From assembly GCA_965228895.1 (NCBI GenBank), contig OZ245842.1, forward strand, positions 1,888,001 to 1,952,000: 64,000 bases of DNA, written 5' to 3'. Positions 58,589-64,000 of the stretch are shown here, one piece after another. The notes under the pieces were generated by a model. It had not been told where the DNA came from. It made no database searches and was given only the letters and a program-made list of their open reading frames with translations. Within the stretch, counting starts at the first letter, position 1; each line of letters begins with the position of its first letter. Source of the stretch: Alphaproteobacteria bacterium (GTDB taxonomy: Bacteria; Pseudomonadota; Alphaproteobacteria; SP197). A program made the translations under genes and the position numbers.

Positions 58589-58825
58589 ATGGACAAATCG
58601 AAACTGGGTCGGCGGGCGCTGTTACAGGGCGCGGCGCTGGTAGGTTTCGCCGGCTGCGCCCAGGCCGGCGGTAACGACGGCGATGATGGCTTGTGCCCTG
58701 AAGTCGTCGGCCTAACGCTGCGCGTGGTCCGTCCCGGCGACATGGTGACCATGGATTACCGTGAGGACCGCGTGACCGTTCATGTCGACGATGACGGTGT
58801 GATCGAGAGGCTTGAGATCGGCTAG
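58589..58825 (+). CDS. Peptidase inhibitor I78 family lipoprotein
   Basis: RR signal with FAGC lipobox; RV.RPGDMVTMDYREDR motif. Confidence 0.85.
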   Translation: MDKSKLGRRALLQGAALVGFAGCAQAGGNDGDDGLCPEVVGLTLRVVRPGDMVTMDYREDRVTVHVDDDGVIERLEIG

Positions 58826-58991
58826 ATACCACGATCAACGATCGCGGTACTGCTGCCCAGACTGTGCCGCTGTGGCACATAACAAGACATGAGGCTCGTC
58901 AATCGGGGGCGTGAACGTCGTTCACAGAAGCGGCCTAAGTTATTGCCGTATGGGGATAAACAAGGGCGGCGTGGCAATGCTGTCGAAAGAC

Positions 58992-59067
58992 TGGTGCCGG
59001 ATGTCTGACTCGAACAGACGACCTACCGCTTACAAGGCGGTTGCTCTACCAACTGAGCTAATCCGGC
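58992..59067 (-). tRNA. tRNA-Thr(TGT)
   Basis: Reverse complement reads GCCGGATTAGCTCAGTTGGTAGAGC...CT-TGT-AA...GTTCGAG...CCGGCACCA. Confidence 0.97.
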
Positions 59068-59116
59068 GCCGCGCGTGACCTAGCATAAACCGGGATCGCG
59101 CAAAACTGCTTGTGAG

Positions 59117-59914
59117 TCATTTGGGCGGTTTGCGGCTCGGTCCAGTCTTTTCGAGACCCGAACGCAGGGCATAGAGCGCGACGGCCGCCGCATTGGAGAC
59201 ATTCAGGCTCGCCATACCGCCGGTATGGGGAATTTGCGCCATCACATCGCAGGCTTCGCGGCTCAACCGGCGTAATCCGGGCCCTTCGGCGCCCAGAACC
59301 AGAGCGACCGGTCCGTTGTCGGCCAATTGGTCGAGCGAGGTCGGTGCGTCGGCGTCCAGACCGACGATCCAGAAGCCCATCTTTTTCAGGTCGTCCAGGG
59401 CGCGCGCCAGATTGACGACGCGGACCATCGGCACCTTTTCAACGGCACCGGACGCCGCTTTGGTCAGCGCGCCGGTGGCCGTGGGCGAATGGCGGTCCTG
59501 AAGCACCACGGCTGAAGCGCCGAATGCCGCGGCAGAGCGAAGAATCGCGCCGATGTTGTGCGGATCGGTCACCTGATCGAGAACGACCACCAGATCGTGC
59601 CCGGAACAGGCCGATTGCAGGTCTTCAACGGGCAGGGGGTCGGCTTGCAGCGCCAGGCCTTGATGGACAGAGCCCGGGGCCAGGTGGCGGTCAATCTCCT
59701 GGCGATCGGTGGTCTTGATGGTGAGATCTTTGGGCAGATCGGCCTCTTTCTGGAGGGTCCTGAGCGCGTCGGCGGTTGCCATCAACAGGTGACAGCGCCG
59801 GGCCGGATTGGAAAGGGCGGCCAAAACGGGATGATGACCATATATCCACAGCCCCTGGTTGCCGCTTTTGCGGCCTTCGGAGCGGGGTTTTCGTGGGCGG
59901 TGCTTGCGATTCAT
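59117..59914 (-). CDS. rlmB: 23S rRNA Gm2251 methyltransferase RlmB (TrmH family)
   Basis: HQG, LDQVTDPHNIGAILRS, GAEG.G and SLNVSNA motifs. Confidence 0.93.
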   Translation of the reverse strand: MNRKHRPRKPRSEGRKSGNQGLWIYGHHPVLAALSNPARRCHLLMATADALRTLQKEADLPKDLTIKTTDRQEIDRHLAPGSVHQGLALQADPLPVEDLQSACSGHDLVVVLDQVTDPHNIGAILRSAAAFGASAVVLQDRHSPTATGALTKAASGAVEKVPMVRVVNLARALDDLKKMGFWIVGLDADAPTSLDQLADNGPVALVLGAEGPGLRRLSREACDVMAQIPHTGGMASLNVSNAAAVALYALRSGLEKTGPSRKPPK

Positions 59915-60014
59915 GAGGCCAATGTTATATGTTCAAAAACGACAAGCAGACACATCAATGACGTGCCGACGTGACGGACGCGGAGCGCGAAGTGGCGTTC
60001 GCGCTTCGTTTTCG

Positions 60015-60043
60015 TTGACAATATAGGAGAATTCCCATAGTTC
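60015..60043 (+). promoter_or_regulatory. Putative sigma70 promoter of the tRNA-tuf operon
   Basis: TTGACA-17nt-TAGTTC, followed by a GC-rich discriminator-like stretch. Confidence 0.5.
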
Positions 60044-60080
60044 GCCTGCCTCCGGCGGCGGCGATGGTCATACGAAAACT

Positions 60081-60165
60081 GGAGGGATGCCTGAGTGGTT
60101 AAAAGGGACGGGCTGTAAACCCGTTGGCTATGCCTACGGTGGTTCGAATCCACCTCCCTCCACCA
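60081..60165 (+). tRNA. tRNA-Tyr(GTA)
   Basis: GGAGGGATGCCTGAGTGG...CT-GTA-AA, long variable arm, GGTTCGAATCC and CCA end. Confidence 0.97.
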
Positions 60166-60220
60166 CCATCTGGCATCGCCGACGCGACGTTTGGAACGGG
60201 ACAGGAATCGCGGATCGAGC

Positions 60221-60294
60221 GCGGGTGTAGCTCAATGGTAGAGCCCCAGCCTTCCAAGCTGGTTATGCGGGTTCGATTCCCGTCGCCCGCTCCA
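60221..60294 (+). tRNA. tRNA-Gly(TCC)
   Basis: GCGGGTGTAGCTCAATGG...CCAGC-CT-TCC-AA-GCTGG...GTTCGATTCC...TCCA. Confidence 0.97.
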
Positions 60295-60365
60295 AATGAT
60301 GGAACAGAGACAACAACAGCCCGGATCGGCGGGTCAGCTTAAGTCTAAGTAGGAGACGGCGCAGG

Positions 60366-61556
<1,191 letters not shown>

Positions 61557-61583
61557 GGTTGGAGAGAACGCCTGACCGTGTTT

Positions 61584-61659
61584 AGGAGTGTAGCTCAATT
61601 GGTAGAGCACCGGTCTCCAAAACCGGGGGCTGTAGGTTCGAGTCCTACCACTCCTGCCA
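61584..61659 (+). tRNA. tRNA-Trp(CCA)
   Basis: AGGAGTGTAGCTCAATTGG...CCGGT-CT-CCA-AA-ACCGG...GTTCGAG...GCCA. Confidence 0.97.
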
Positions 61660-61730
61660 GGTGACAAGGTTGGTGGCGCCGGTCCGAAAAAGGACCTGGC
61701 GCCACCGTTGATACAGAGGAACAGTCGTTC

Positions 61731-61928
61731 ATGGCGAAGACATCGCCGGTCGAGTTTGTCCGTCAGGTCCGTCAGGAAGCCAGCAAGGTTACCTGGCCGA
61801 CCCGCAAGGAGACGCTGATTACCACCGCGACCGTGCTGGCCATGGTCGTGCTGGTGGCGCTGTTCTTCTTCTTAATCGACCAGTTTTTTGCCTGGGGCGT
61901 TCAGGTGATTTTGGGACTTGGAAACTAA
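61731..61928 (+). CDS. secE: Preprotein translocase SecE
   Basis: VRQE..KVTWPTRKET motif plus a single TM. Confidence 0.96.
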   Translation: MAKTSPVEFVRQVRQEASKVTWPTRKETLITTATVLAMVVLVALFFFLIDQFFAWGVQVILGLGN

Positions 61929-61932
61929 GCGC

Positions 61933-62463
61933 ATGGCGCACCGTTGGTACATCGTGCATTGCTACTCCGGCTTCGAAAAGAAGGTCGCGCAGTCGATTCA
62001 GGAGCAGGCGGTGCAGCAGGGGCTTGAGGACATGTTCGAAAATGTTCTCGTGCCGTCTGAAGAAGTCGTCGAAATGCGTGGCGGCAAGAAAGTGTCATCG
62101 GAGCGCCGGTTTTTTCCGGGTTACGTCCTGGTGCGCATGGACATGACGGACCAGACATGGCACTTGGTGCGCAACACGCCGAAAGTGACGGGTTTCCTGG
62201 GCAGCGGTCAAAAGCCGATGCCGATCCCCGATCACGAAGCCGAGCGCGTTATGAGCCAGGTTCAAGAGGGTGTCGAGCGGCCGCGCCCGTCGATCACCTA
62301 CGAGATCGGCGAGACCGTCAGGGTCGCCGACGGACCGTTTACCTCGTTCAACGGCACCGTTCAGGAAGTCGACGAGGAGCGTGCCAGGCTGAAGGTCGCG
62401 GTTTCGATCTTCGGCCGCGCGACGCCGGTGGAACTGGAATACACACAGGTCGAAAAGACCTGA
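61933..62463 (+). CDS. nusG: Transcription antitermination factor NusG
   Basis: WY.VH..SGFE, FPGYVL, KOW motif DGPF..F.G and IFGR.TPVEL. Confidence 0.98.
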   Translation: MAHRWYIVHCYSGFEKKVAQSIQEQAVQQGLEDMFENVLVPSEEVVEMRGGKKVSSERRFFPGYVLVRMDMTDQTWHLVRNTPKVTGFLGSGQKPMPIPDHEAERVMSQVQEGVERPRPSITYEIGETVRVADGPFTSFNGTVQEVDEERARLKVAVSIFGRATPVELEYTQVEKT

Positions 62464-62517
62464 CAATCAAGTGGCCCGGCCCGTTAGGGGCGGTCCGAAC
62501 ACAGGGTAAGACGTGAG

Positions 62518-62949
62518 ATGGCGAAGAAAGTCGCAGGATACATCAAACTGACGGTGCCGGCCGGCCAGGCCAACCCGTCGCCGCCGATCGGCCCGGCGCT
62601 GGGTCAGCGCGGTCTGAACATCGTCGAGTTCACCAAGGCGTTCAACGCGGCGACCCAGGACCATGATCCCGGCACGCCGCTGCCGACGGTGATCACGGCC
62701 TATCAGGACCGCACCTTCTCGTTCATTACCAAGACGCCGCCGGCGAGTTGGTACATCAAGAAGGCGGCCAAGCTGGAAAAGGGCAACGGCGAGACCGGAC
62801 GCACGGATCCGATCGGCAAGATCTCGATCGCGCAGGTGCGCGAGATCGCCGAAGCCAAAATGCCCGATTTGAACGCCAACGACATCGACGGCGCCGCCGA
62901 GATCATCAAGGGTTCGGCGCGTTCGATGGGTGTTGAGGTAGTGGAGTAG
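62518..62949 (+). CDS. rplK: 50S ribosomal protein L11
   Basis: [15 protein letters not shown] and GSARSMG motifs. Confidence 0.98.
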   Translation: MAKKVAGYIKLTVPAGQANPSPPIGPALGQRGLNIVEFTKAFNAATQDHDPGTPLPTVITAYQDRTFSFITKTPPASWYIKKAAKLEKGNGETGRTDPIGKISIAQVREIAEAKMPDLNANDIDGAAEIIKGSARSMGVEVVE

Positions 62950-62952
62950 ACC

Positions 62953-63657
62953 ATGTCGAAAGAAGGCAAACGCCATAGCGACGCCGCCAAGACCATCGAC
63001 CGCGAGCACCTCTATACGCTGGACGAAGCGGTCAAGATGGTGAAGGAAAACGCCAAGGCGAAGTTCGATGAGACGATCGAGCTCTCGGTCAATCTGAACG
63101 TCGATCCGCGCCACGCCGAGCAGATGGTGCGGGGCGTCGTTGACCTGCCCCATGGCTCCGGCAAGTCGATCCGGGTCGCGGTTTTCGCCAAGGGCGACAA
63201 GGCCGAAGAAGCCAAGGCTGCCGGCGCTGACCTGGTTGGCGCCGAGGATCTGGCTGAGAGCATCCAGAAGGGCCAGATCGACTTTGATCGCTGCATCGCG
63301 ACGCCGGACATGATGGCGGTCGTCGGCCGGCTGGGCAAAATCCTGGGGCCGCGCGGTCTGATGCCGAACCCGAAGCTGGGCACCGTGACGCCGGACGTGG
63401 CGGGCGCTGTCGGCTCGGCCAAGGCCGGCCAGGTTGAGTATCGCGTCGAGAAGGCCGGGATCATTCATGCCGGCGTCGGCAAGGCGAGCTTTTCCGAGGA
63501 CAACATCCTGGAAAATGCCAAGGCGCTGATGGACGCCGTGATCAAGGCCAAGCCCAGCGCGGTCAAAGGCACGTATATGAAGCGCGTGACGCTCAGTTCG
63601 ACCATGGGTCCCGGTGTCAAGATCGACCCGGTGAGCCTGCTGCCGAGCGCCGCGTAG
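62953..63657 (+). CDS. rplA: 50S ribosomal protein L1
   Basis: [16 protein letters not shown] and SSTMGPG motifs. Confidence 0.98.
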   Translation: MSKEGKRHSDAAKTIDREHLYTLDEAVKMVKENAKAKFDETIELSVNLNVDPRHAEQMVRGVVDLPHGSGKSIRVAVFAKGDKAEEAKAAGADLVGAEDLAESIQKGQIDFDRCIATPDMMAVVGRLGKILGPRGLMPNPKLGTVTPDVAGAVGSAKAGQVEYRVEKAGIIHAGVGKASFSEDNILENAKALMDAVIKAKPSAVKGTYMKRVTLSSTMGPGVKIDPVSLLPSAA

Positions 63658-63721
63658 GAGAGTTGTTGGAATTCGGCGGCTTCGGCCGCTGACAGCGCCG
63701 CTTGTTATGGGTGGCGCGCCC

Positions 63722-63792
63722 CCTGTCCGAGATTGCCGGTGACCTCAGGGTCTTAAGGGCTTTTGCCGCCGACATGAGACGGGAGACGAGAC
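63722..63792 (+). ncRNA. Probable L10 leader (autoregulatory cis-element); boundaries approximate
   Basis: CTGTCCGAGATTGCCGGTG...TTAA...GAGACGG between rplA and rplJ, resembling the alphaproteobacterial L10-leader pattern. Confidence 0.6.
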
Positions 63793-63942
63793 CAAATGTC
63801 GTGCCGGGTTTACCCGGCAGGTCGGATGGGTCTGACTTCCGGGGCAGGTCGTAACCCCGGTCCTTTTCGAAGGATCGGATTTCGTGTGAACCGGCCTGGT
63901 ATCGGGAGTGTGTCCCGACCGGCCCAACCCCCGGAGGAATCC

Positions 63943-64000
63943 GTGGAACGGGCAAGAAAAGAAGACATCGTCAACCAGCTCAACAGCGATATCGGCAATG
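63943..64000 (+). CDS. rplJ: 50S ribosomal protein L10, 5' fragment (runs off window)
   Basis: GGAGG RBS, GTG start, MERARKEDIVNQL; expected position after rplA. Confidence 0.88.
   Translation, partial: MERARKEDIVNQLNSDIGN

Noticed and set aside
61666-61710. Novel ncRNA hairpin after tRNA-Trp
   Set aside because: Simple stem-loop in the tRNA-secE spacer, most likely a processing or pause signal.

Overview
GC-rich alphaproteobacterial chromosome segment, most consistent with a Rhodospirillales/Kiloniellales-like lineage (inferred from synteny and protein signatures). It is mostly core or semi-core. From left to right: a partial peptide ABC binding protein, PhoX, BKACE, an Mla/MCE lipid-transport operon with an M81 peptidase, a DUF1636 + BBE-like oxidase pair, and a nadK-moaA-fdhD-mobA-formate dehydrogenase region with interleaved accessory genes (including a histamine/TMA-dehydrogenase-like flavoprotein). 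Then come a compact DUF3553-chpT-ctrA-dksA-cckA-recA block without flagellar genes, alaS, icd, LysM/AsmA/TamAB envelope genes, four tRNAs and the tuf-secE-nusG-rplK-rplA-rplJ cluster. I saw no CRISPR array, transposase, integrase or recognisable defence system. The most notable items are the collapsed CckA-ChpT-CtrA locus, an orphan TM-coiled coil-7-blade propeller-coiled coil-TM protein, the DUF1636/BBE pair, the amine dehydrogenase of unknown substrate, and two distinct palindromic intergenic elements. All calls come from motif recognition by eye; no database searches were run.
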